NCBI GenBank assembly: GCA_035221665.1
Contig: JAVHYY010000483.1
Coordinates: 1-64,000 of the forward strand
Source of the DNA: Okamejei kenojei
Lineage: Eukaryota
Direction of reading: 5' to 3'
DNA length: 64,000 bases
The notes under the pieces were generated by a model. The model made no database searches, was not told the origin of the DNA, and saw only the letters and a program-made list of their open reading frames with translations. The first letter of the stretch is position 1. Each line of letters opens with the position of its first letter. Of this stretch, positions 22,054-34,000 are shown piece by piece. Position numbers and translations under genes: made by a program.

Positions 22054-25000
22054 GTAAGTTGCTCATTTGTTTACTCTGCGCGCCGTCTACCCTTCCAGGG
22101 CGGCGGGGTGACGCAGCGGGTAGAGTCGCCGCCTCGTAGCGCCGGAGATCCTGGGTTCGATCCTGACCACGGGCGCTCTCTTGTACGGGAGTTTGCACGC
22201 TCTCTCCCCCCCCAGGGCCGCGTGGGTTGTCTCCGGGTGCCCCCGGTTTCCTCCCAACACCCCAAAAGATGAACAGATCTGCAGCTTAATTGGCTTTGGT
22301 ACATAGAAACATAGAAGATAGAAACATAGAAACATTTAGGTGCAGGAGTAGTCCATTCAGCCCTTCGAGCCTGCACCGCCATTCAATATGATCATGGCTG
22401 ATCATCCAACTCAGTATCCCGTACCTGCCTTCTCTCCATACCCTCTGATCCCCTTAGCCACAAGGGCCACATCCAACTCACTCTTAAATATAGCCAATGA
22501 ACTGGCCTCAACTACCCTCTGTGGCAGAGAGTTCCAGAGACTCACCACTCTCTGTGTGAAAAAAGTCTTTCTCATCTCGGTCTTAAAGGATTTCCCCCTT
22601 ATCCTTAAGCTGTGACCCCTGACCCCTTGTCCTGGACTTCCCCAACATCGGAACAATCTTCCTGCATCTAGCCTGTCCAACCCCTTAAGAATTTTGTAAG
22701 TTTCTATAAGATCCCCTCTTAATCTCCTAAATTCCAGAGAGTATAAACCGAGTCTATCCAGTCTTTCTTCATAAGACAGTCCTGACATCCCAGGAATCAG
22801 TCTGGTGAACCTTCTCTGCACTCCCTCTATGGCAATAATGTCCTTCCTCAGATTTGGAGACCAAAACTGCACGCAATACTCCAGGTGTGGTCTCACCAAG
22901 ACCCTGTACAACTGAAGTAGAACCTCCCTGCTCCTGTACTCAAAAGATAGGTGCAGGAGGAGGCCATTCGGCCCTTCGAGCCAGCACCGCCATTCATTGT
23001 GATCATGGCTGATCGTCCGCTATCAATAACCCGTGCCTGCCTTCTCCCCATATCCCTTGACTCCACTAGCCCCTAAAGCTCTCTTAAATCCATCCAGTGA
23101 CTTGGCCTCCGCTGCCCTCTGTGGCAGGGAATTCCATAAATTCACAATTCTCTGGGTGAAAAAGTTTTTTCTCACCTCAGTCTTAAATGACCTCCCTTTT
23201 ATTCTAAGACTGTGTGGCCCCTGGTTCAGGCACGGGTTATTGATTGGGGACGATCAGCCATGATCACAATGAATGGCGGTGCTGGCTTAAAGGCCCAATG
23301 GCCTCTTCCTGCACCTATTTTCTGTGTTTCTATGCACTTTCTGGGAAGGCCAGCGCGAGATAGGATCTCGGCGTTGGACACTCTGTCTAAGAAAATAAGT
23401 CAAACTCAAGTACAGTAGATATAGCAAAAGGAAAAATACCTAGTATCTTTATTTCATATTGAGCTAGACAATATTACCTAGACAGAATGCAAATAAAGCT
23501 TCTCGCGTATCGTGACAATCACAAACCATTACCACGTTTTGTATGAGAGAGAATGGGTGATGCTTCTCCCCTCTCCCATCAGGACGGACATTCTTGCTAT
23601 TGAGGGAGTGCAGCGTAGGTTCACCAGGTTAATTCCCGGGATGGCGGGACTGTCATACGCTGAGAGAATGGAGCGGCTGGGCTTGTACGCTCTGGAGTTT
23701 AGAAGTATGAGAGGGGATCTTATTGACACATATAATATTATTAAGGGTTTGGATATGGGGAGAAGGCAGGAACGGGGTACTGATTGTGGATGATCAGCCG
23801 TGATCACATTGAATGGCGGTGCTGGCTCGAAGGGCCGAAAGGCCTACTCCTGCACCTATTGTCTATTGTCTGTTGTTTTGGGTCGAGACCCTTCTTCAGA
23901 CTGGAGTAAGGTCTCGAGGGCCAATTAACCTACAAACCTGTATGTATTCAAAACCAATTTCAGTTTAGAGACACAGCGCCGAAACAGTGATCCCCCGTTC
24001 ACACACTAGTTCTATATTATCCCACCTTCTCATTCCACTCCCAACACACTCGGGGACAATTTACAATCTTTACCAAAGCCAATTAACCTACACACCCGCA
24101 CGTCTTGGGGGCGCGGGAGAAAACCCACGCGGGTCACGGGGAAAACTGCGGAGAGAGGTCTCGACCCGAAACGTCACCCGTTCCTTCTCTCCAGAGACGC
24201 TGCCTGTCCCGCTGAGTTACTCCAGCACTTTGTGTCTTATCTCCGGTGCAAACCGGCATCTGCAGATCCTTCCTACGCCAGGTTTTGTTTAACCTGCATT
24301 CCCCTGGCAGTTGTAGCAAAGGTTTGCACCGTATCTTCTCACACCGTATCTCCCACATAAGAGATTAGTATACAAACTTAAAGCACACGGTATTGGGGGT
24401 TCAGTATTGATGTGGATAGAGAACTGGCTGGCAGACAGGAAGCAAAGGGTAGGATTAAACGGGTCATTTTCAGAATGGCAGGCAGTGACTAGTGGGGTAC
24501 CGCAAGGCCCAGTGCTGGGACCCCAGCTATTTACAATATATATTAATAATTTGGACGAGGGAATTGAATGCAACATCTCTAAGTTTGCGGATGACACTAA
24601 GCTGGGAGGCAGTGTTAACTGTGAGGAGGATGCTAGGAGGCTGCAAGGTGACTTGGATAGGCTGGGTGAGTGGGCAAATGCATGGCAGATGCAGTATAAT
24701 GTGGATAAATGTGAGGTTATCCACTTTGGGGGAAAAAACAGGAGGGTAGACTATTATCTGAATGGTGGCCGATTAGGAAAAGGGGAGATGCAACAAGACC
24801 TGGGCGTCATGGTACACCAGTCATTGAAAGTAGGCATGCAGGTGCAGCAGGCAGTGAAGAAAGCGAATGGTATGTTAGCATTCATAGCGAAAGGATTTGA
24901 GTATAGGAGCAGGGAGGTTCTACTGCAGTTGTACAGGGTTTTGGTGAGACCACACCTGGAGTATTGCGTACAGTTTTGGTCTCCAAATCTGAGAAAATAC

Positions 25001-28000
25001 ATTCTTGCCATAGAGGGGGTACAGAGAAGGTTCACCAGACTGATTCCTGGGATGGCAGGACTTTCATATGAGGAAAGACTGGATAGACTCGGCTTGTACT
25101 CGCTGGAAATTAGAAGACTGAGGGGGGATCTTATAGAAACTTACAAAATTCTTAAGGGGTTGGATAGGTTAGGTGCAGGAAGATTGCTCTCGATGTTGGG
25201 GAAGTCCAGAACAAGAGGTCACAGTCTAAGGATAAGGGGAAGTCCTTTAGGACCGAGATGAGGAAAACAGAGAGTGGTGAGTCTCTGGAATTCTCTGCCA
25301 CAGAAGGTAGTTGAGGCCAGTTCATTGGCTATATTTAAGAGGGAGTTAGATGCGGCCCTTGTGGCTAAAGGGATCAGGGGGTATGGAGAGAAGGCAGGTA
25401 CAGGATACTGAGTTGGATGATCAGCCATGATCATATTGAATGGCGGTGCAGGCTCGAAGGGCCGAATGGCCTCCTCCTGCACCTATTGTCTATGTTTCTA
25501 CGTTTCTATCTTGTAGGTATAGCAACAAGAATTAAAACAAATATCAGTCCACCTGGACTTACCTGATCCCCCGGTTGCCAAACACTTAATTTTCCCTGGA
25601 GAATGGAATCATAATGAATGAATAAATTAATATGTTTATTGGCCAAGTATTCACATACAAGGAATTTGCCTTGGAGCTCCGCCCGCAAGTGACAACATGA
25701 CATACAGTGAGAGTTACGAATGACACATTAAACATTAAACATTAATAATTAAAACATTATTGATTAAACATGTGAATTAAATAAAATGCGAGAGCAAAAG
25801 GAGGCTACAGATTTTTGGTTATTGACAATAGACAATAGGTGCAGGAGTAGAGGCCATTTGGCCCTTCGAGCCAGCACCGCCATTCAATGTGATCACGGCT
25901 GATTATCCCCAATCAGTTCCCCGTTCCTGCCTTCTCCCCATATCCCCTGACTCCGCTATCTTTAAGAGCCCTATCTAGCTCTCTCTTGAAAACATCCAGA
26001 GAACCGGCCTCCACCGCCCTCTGAGGCAGAGAATTCCACAGACTCGCCACTCTCTGTGAGGAAAAGTGTTTCCTCGTCTCCGTTCTAAATGGCCGACCCC
26101 TTATTCTTAAACTGTGTGTGTGTGGCCCCTGGTTCTGGACTCCCCCAACATCGGGAACATGTTTCCTGCCTCTAGCGTGTCCAAACCTTTAATAATCTTA
26201 CTCATGGGGAAAAAAAGCTGTTTTTATGTCCGGCGGCTGCGGCAGCTTTGACAGTTCGGAGTTGCCTTCCAGAGGGAAGTGATTCAAAGAGTTTGTGGCC
26301 AGGGTGAGAGGGGTCAGAGATGATCTTGCCCGCTCGCTTCCTGGCCCTTGCAGTGTACAGTTCATCAATGGAGGGAAGGTTGCAGCCAATAACTGTCTCT
26401 GCTGATCGGACGATTCGCTGCAGCCTCCGGGTGTCGTGCTTGGTGGCTGAGCCAAACCAGACCGTGACGGAGAAGGTGAGGACAGACTCCACGATGGCCG
26501 TGTAGAATTGGACCATCATTGCCTGTGGCAGATTGTGTTTCCTCAGCTGCTGCAGGAAGTACATCCTCTGTTGTCATACTATAATCATTATAATCATACT
26601 TTATTAACCATCTATAGAAACATAGACAATAGGTGCAGGAGGAGGCCATTCGGCCCTTCGAGCCTGCACCGCCATTTGATATGATCATGGCTGATCATCC
26701 AACTCAGTATCCCGTACCTGCCTTCTCTCCATACCCCCTGATCCCTTTAGCCACAAGGTCCACATCCAACTCCCTCTTAAATATAGCCAATGAACTGGCC
26801 TCAACTACCTTCTGTCGCAGAGAATTCCACAGACTCACCACTCTCTGTGTTAAAAAAAAAAAAAAATTCTCATCTCGGTCCTAAAAGACTTCCCCCTTAT
26901 CCTTAAACTGTGTGACCCCTTGTCCTGGACTTCCCCAACAATCTTCCTGCATCTAGCCTGTCCAACCCCTTAAGAATTTTGTACGTCTCTATGAGATCCC
27001 CCCTCAATCTTCTAAATTCTAGCGAGTACAAGCCAAGTCTATCTTTCGTCATATGAATCCCAGGAATCAGTCTGGTGAACCTTCTCTGTACTCCCTCTAT
27101 GGCAAGAATGTCTTTCCTCAGATTAGGAGACCAAAACTGTACGCAATACTCCAGGTGTGGTCTCACTCTCACCAAGGCCCTGTACAAATGCAGTGGAACC
27201 TCCCTGCTCTTACACTCAAATCCTTTTGCTATGAAAAAAATTGCTATGTTGCAAACATACGAGGAATTTGATTTGCCCTACAGTCAAACCAATAAAAAGC
27301 AGCAGGACACACACAAAATACATTTTAACATGAACAGCCATCACAGTGACTCCTCCGAATTCCTCACTGCGATGGAAGGTGAAAAAATGTTCGTTCTCTT
27401 CCCGTCTTTGCCCTCCAGTGGTCGGGGGCCTCTGACCTTCCGTTGACGGGATGATCAAACTCCTGCATCGGGGAGGGAACCTCAGCTCCCCCCCAGCCGG
27501 GCGATCTGACCCTGGGTTCGGGCCGGTCGACCGTCGTGCGGTTTTGGAGCTTCCCGACGTCGGGTCTCAACCCGAGACTGCGAGCTCCCCGACGTTAAAG
27601 TCCCAGGCAAGGGATCGCAGGCTCCGGTGGTGAGTTCACGCTCCCGCGGCGAGGCTTAAAGTCAGTTAGGCCGCAGAACGACCGGAGATGCAACCCGGAA
27701 AACAATCGCCTCTCCGGCAAGTTGAGAGATTGAAAAAACGTTTCACCCGAAAAAAGTTTTCTCCGGGTGCCCCGGTTTCCTCCCACACCCCAAAAGATGA
27801 ACAGATTTGCAGCTTAATTGGCTTTGGTACAATGGGTGCTGGAGGAGGCCATTCGGCCCTTCGAGCCAGCACCGCCATTCATTGTGATGATGGCTGATCG
27901 TCCGCTATCAATAACCCGTGCCTGCCTTCTCCCCATATCCCTCGACTCCACCAGCCCCTAGAGCTCTATCTAACTCTCTCTTAAATCCATCCTGTGACTT

Positions 28001-31000
28001 GGCCCCCACTGCCCTCTGTGGCAAGGAATTCCACCAATTCACAACTCTCTGGGTGAAAAAGCGTTTTCTCACCTCAGTCTTAAATGACCTCCCCTTTATT
28101 CTAAGACTGTGTGTGGCCCCTGGACAGTCCCGAGCGAGGCCTCCAGCTCCGCGATGTTAGGCCGCAGAGCGACCGGAGTTACGGCCCCGAAAACAATCGC
28201 CTCTCCGGCAAGGGGAAAGATCGAAAACAAGATTCACCCGACCCCCCCACCACCCCCCACATAAAATAAACCAGAGAACATTAAAACAAACTTTTAAAAA
28301 CACACTAAAAAGAACAAAATAAAAAGGAAAAGACAGTCAGACTGTTGGCGAGGCAGCCATCGAAGCGCCACCTGGTGGTAATTAGGTGACATTTCAGGTC
28401 GCGAGGTCTATCTTCGGTTTAAACCTGCAGTTGCTTCCTACGTTTTAATTCCCCTTCCCATTCCCAACACTGACCTTTCTGTCCCGGGCCTCCTCCACTG
28501 TCAGAGTGAGGCCAAACGCAAATTGGCAACACGGCATCTCATATTTCGTGGTAGGAACATTGACTTCTCTAACTTTCGGCAGCCCTTGCTTTCCCTCTCT
28601 CCCCATCCCCTCCCCCTTTCCCTGTTCTCCCACCAGTCTTACTGTCTCCGACTACATTCCATCTCTGTCGCGCCCACTCCCCTGACATCAGTCTGAAGAT
28701 GCTGCCTGTCCCGCTGAGTTACTCCAGCATTTTGCGTCTACCTTTAGTTCCCGAGCTCCGTTTGTCAACTGTCCCGAGGTACGGTGAAAAGCTTCTGTGC
28801 CTGCTAATCAGCCAACCAACATAGAAAATAGGTGCAGGAGTAGGCCATTTGGCCCTTCGAGCCAGCACCGCCACTCAATGTGTTCATGGCTGATCGTCCC
28901 CAATCAGTACCCCGTTCCTGCCTTCTCCCCACATCCCCTGACTCCGCTATCTTTAAGAGCCCTATCTAGCTCTCTCTTGAAAACATCCAGAGAACCGGCC
29001 TCCACCGCCCTCTGAGGCAGAGAATTCCACACTCACCACTCTCTGTGAGGAAAAAGTGTTTCCTCGTCTCCATCCTAAATGGCAAACCCCCATTTCTTAA
29101 ACTGGGGCCCCTGGTTCTGCACTCCCTCAACATCGGGAACATGTTTCCTGCCTCTAGCATGTCCAAGCACCTGACAATCTTATATGTTTCAATGAGATGC
29201 CCTCTCATCCTTCTAAACTCCAGAGTGTACAAACTCAGCCGCTCCATTATCTCAGCGTATGACACTCCCGCCATCCCGGGAATTAACCTTGTAAACCTAC
29301 GCTGCACTCCCTCAATAGCAAAAATGTCCTTCCTCAAATTAGGAGACCAAAACTGCACACAATACTCCAGGTGTGGTCTCACCAGGGCCCTGTACAACTG
29401 CAGAAGGACCTCTTTGCTCCTATACTCAACTCCTCTTGTTATGAAGGCCAACAGCCCAAAACTGCACACAATACTCCAGGTGTGGTCTCACCGGGGCCCT
29501 GTACAACTGCAGAAGGACCTCTTTGCTCCTATACTCAACTCCTCTTGTTATGAAGGCCAACAGGCCAAAACTGCACACAATACTCCAGGTGTGGTATCAC
29601 CAGGGCTCTGTACATCTACAGAAGGACCTCTTTGCTCCTATATTCGATTCCTTTAGCTATAAAGGCCAACATGCCATTCGCTTTCTTCACTGCCTGCTGT
29701 ACCTGCATGCTTACTTCCATGGTCTGATGTACAAGGGCCTCCAGATCCCCTTTTCAAACTTGACGCCATTTAGATAGTAATCTGCCTTCCTGTTTTTGCT
29801 ACCAAAATGGATAACTTTTGGCTTTGTCGCAGGCCTGCATGTTATGCACCAGTTCTGCGGCTGCAGCCTGCGCGGTCAGCAGACGGCCGTGTCTTGGGTG
29901 GACGGCTACGACGGAGAGACCGTCCTGTACTACCAGCTGGCCAACAAGTCGTTCGTCGCCACCCAGCCTCGGGCCCAGTCGCTGGTGAACGGACGCAACG
30001 CCAACCTCCAGTTCGTGGAGTCTGTCCCTCAGCTGGTGTCCAACCTGTGCGACAGAATCAAACGCCTAGCTGCCCTCACCAACGTCACCCGGGAAAGGAG
30101 AGGTCAGTGTCCTAAGATCACCAAAGGTCATCGTTGTACGGAGCAGAATTAGGCCATTGGGCCTAAATCCTGCCTTCTCCCCATAGCCTCTGACACCCAT
30201 ACTTGTTAAATATATTTTTATTATAGAAACATATTTATGAAAATTACAATGTTTTACATAAACGAAAATACATCATTATATACTTTCATAATATTAATAA
30301 TATTGATATTGTTAGTAATATTAAAATTTAGGACTGTATGCTTCTATACGCTTTTTTAATTATTTTTTATAAAGTGGGAAAAGATAGAGATAAATAATGA
30401 AGAAAATATGAAAGCGAATGGAGTATTAATCATTAATCCGTCATTGGAGATATAGGCATGATTTATTATATATATTTCTTCATCCATTCTAATATTCAGG
30501 CCTCAGTCAAGCCCTCGTACCGAGCCGTTATGACTCTGTAAATATTCAATATATGGAGACCATATCCCTCTGAAGAGATCCAACCTGTCCATTAAGACAA
30601 GCCTCATCTCTCCAGATGAAGTGTCTCCGACATTTCTGTATTCCACATTTTGATTGTAGGGGATGTAGGGCCTTTCCAAAATTTTAATATTAATTTTTTC
30701 CCAATTATTAACCCATAAATCAATAAAATTTCATTTGATTTGTTGTTACTAATTGTTCTGTTTCCAGTATTCCTAGTATTATTAGCTTTGAATCGGGTAT
30801 CAAAGTTATATTAACAACATTCGAAATTATCCTAAATATTTCAATCCAAAATTTTGTAATTTTTTATACAGTTTGTAAATGAATGTGACAAATTGGCTTC
30901 TAAATGTTGACATTTATCACATATAGGAGATACTTTTGGGAACATATTATGTAATTTGGATTTTGAATAATATAGGCTATGTAATATTTTAAACTGTATA

Positions 31001-34000
31001 AGAGAGTGTTTAGCATTTAGCGAACAATGATGTATATGTTGTAAACTATCATCCCATACTTCTGGTCTGATAGTTTGGCATAATTCATTTTCCCAAGATT
31101 GTCTATGTATTTCTGTTGATGGAACATCACCTTCCAATAAGATGTTATATATGTATGAATATACAAAAGTCATCGTTGTACGGAGCAGAATTAGGCCATT
31201 GGGCCTATCAAGTCCACTCTGCCTTTCAAACATGGCTGATCTATCTCTCCCTCCTCAGTCTGAATAGACAATAGACAATAAACGACGGACAATAGGTGCA
31301 GGAGTAGGCCGTTCGGCCCTTCGAGCCAGCACGGCCATTCATTGTGATCATCCCCAATCAGTAACCCATTCCTGCCTTCTCCCCGTATCCCCTGACTCCG
31401 CTATCTTTAAGAGCCCTATCTAGCTCTCTCTTGAAACTATCCAGAGAAGTGGCCTCCACCGCCCTCTTGAGGCAGAGAATTCCACAGGGTCGCCACTGTG
31501 AGAAAAAGTGTTTCCTCGTCTCCCCAATCAGTACCCCCGTTCCTGCCTTCTCCCCATATCCCCTGACTCCGCTATCTTTAAGAGCCCTATCTAGCTCTCT
31601 CTTGAAACTATCCAGAGAACCGGCCTCCACATTCCACAGACTCACAACTCTCTGGGCGAAAAAGTGTTTCCTCGCCTCCGTTCGAAATGGCTGACCCCTT
31701 ATTCATAAACTGTGTGTGGCCCCTGGCTCTGGACTCCCCCAACATCTGGAACATGTTTCCTGCCTCTAGCGTGTCCAAACCCTTAACAATCTTATGTGTT
31801 TCTATGAGATCCCCTCTCATCCTTCTAAACTCCAGAGTGTACAAGAAGGGTCTCGACCCGAAACGTCACCTGTTTCCTTCGCTCCATAGATGCTGCCTCA
31901 CCCGCTGAGTTTCTCCAGCATTTTTGTCTATCTATCTCTCCCTCCGAACCCCATTCTTCCACATAACCCCCGACACCCGTACTAATCAAGAATCTATCTA
32001 ACTCTAGCCTTAAAAATATCCACTGACGGCCTCCATAGCCGTCCATGCACTGTTATCATAACTTCATCACTGATAGGATCAGAAATTAGGCCATTCGACC
32101 CATCGTGTCCACTCCGCCATTCAATCACGGCTGATCTATCTCTCCCTCCTAACCCCATTCTCCTGCCTTCTCCCCATAAACCTCTGACACCCGCACTGAT
32201 CAACAATCTATCTAACTCTGGAATTCTCTGCCTCAGAAGGCAGTGGAGGCCAATTCACTGGATGTTTGCAAGAGAGAGGGAGATTTAGCTCTTAGGGCTG
32301 ACGGAATCAAGGGATATGGGGAGAAAGCAGGAACGGGGTACTGATTGGGGATGATCAGCCGTGGATCAGATTGAATGGCGGTGCTGGCTCGAAGGGACGA
32401 ATGGCCTACTCCTGCACCTATTGTCTATGTTTCTACGTGTCTCTAATCCAGGCTGCTTTCAACCTGTGCCCCGCTCCCCAATTTGTTTGTGCAGCTCCCA
32501 CCTACACCAGGGCTTACACCCGGAGGAGGCTGGCACAAGGCTACCTGGTGTGCCAAGCGAGTGGGTTCTTCCCCCGCGAGGTCAACGTGAGCTGGGTCAG
32601 AGACGGAGAGGAGGTGGTGGAGAGGGGGCAGGAGACGGTCGACGTCGTCCCTCGTAGCGACGGGACCTTCCAGTTCCGGGGCGTGCGCCCGCTAAACGGC
32701 GATGGCGGGAAGTACGTCTGTCAAGTGGAACACGAGGCCATCAAGGGGAAGCTCTTCATACCTCTGGGTAAGAGATACATATACGTGAAAAGATCGCAGC
32801 GGGCCGTGAATCGACACAAAGTGCTGAAGGTAGACGCAAAAAAGCCTGGAGTTAAGGGCCCGTCACACTTGCATGCGATTGCGTGCGTTTGGCGCGACGA
32901 AACGGAAGCGGAGTTCACGGGAAGTTCCCGTTAAGTACGCGCTACCTACGCGCTAAGTTCGCGCTAAGTTCGCTCGTGACGTCATTTGCAACGTGCTTAC
33001 CAACCAGCTGGGCAGGAGGCGGGCCAACCGGGCGTCACACGGCGTCGGTGGGTGACGTCATCACGCAACGCCATGCCGGGCGGTGACATCATCGCGCAAC
33101 GCCACGCGTTAGGCGTAAGCCGTCAGGACGCTGCGTACGACGTCAGGACGCTGCGTACGCCCGCAATGCGCCTGCGTGCCGGCAGGCCGTTGGCGAGCGA
33201 AGATTCCGGCCACTGCCAGGATTTCGGTAGCCCCACGCGTTGTCGAGACCGGCCCCGCGACAACTCCGCGCTTCCAAGTGGGACCGGCCATACGGTGCCC
33301 GCGCGCCTCAAGCGACCACGAGGTAATTTGCGAGCCCAGCTCGCGTAAGTGGGACAGGCCCTTAACTCAATGGGACAGGCAGCATCTCAGGAGAGAAGGA
33401 ATGGGTGGCGTTTCAATAGACAATGGACAATAGGTGCAGGAGTCGGCCATTTGGCCCTTCGAGCCAGCACCGCCATACTGTAGGCGGTGATAGAAACATA
33501 GAAACATAGAAAATAAATGCAGGAGGAGGCCATTCAGCCCATCGAGCCAGCACCGCCATTCATTGTGATCATGGCTGATCGCCCCCCTATCAATAACCCG
33601 TGCCTGCCTTCTCCCCATATCCCTTGACTCCACTAGCCCCTAGAGTTCTATCTAACTCTCTCTTAAACCCATCCAGTGACTTGGCCTCCACTGCCCTCTG
33701 TGGCAGGGAATTCCACAAATTCACAACTCTCTGGGTGGAAATGTTTTTTCTCACCTCAGTCTTAAATGGCTTCCCCTTTATTCTAAGACTGTGTGGCCCC
33801 TGGTTCTGGACTCGCCCAACATTGGGAACCTTTTTCCTGCATCTAGCTTGTATAATCCTTTTATCCTTTTATAATTTCATATGTTTCTACAAGATCCCCC
33901 CTCATCCTTCTAAACTCCAGTGAATACAAGCCTAGTCTTTTCAATCTTTCCTCATATGACAGTCCCGCCATCCCAGGGATCAATCAGGTGAACCTACGCT

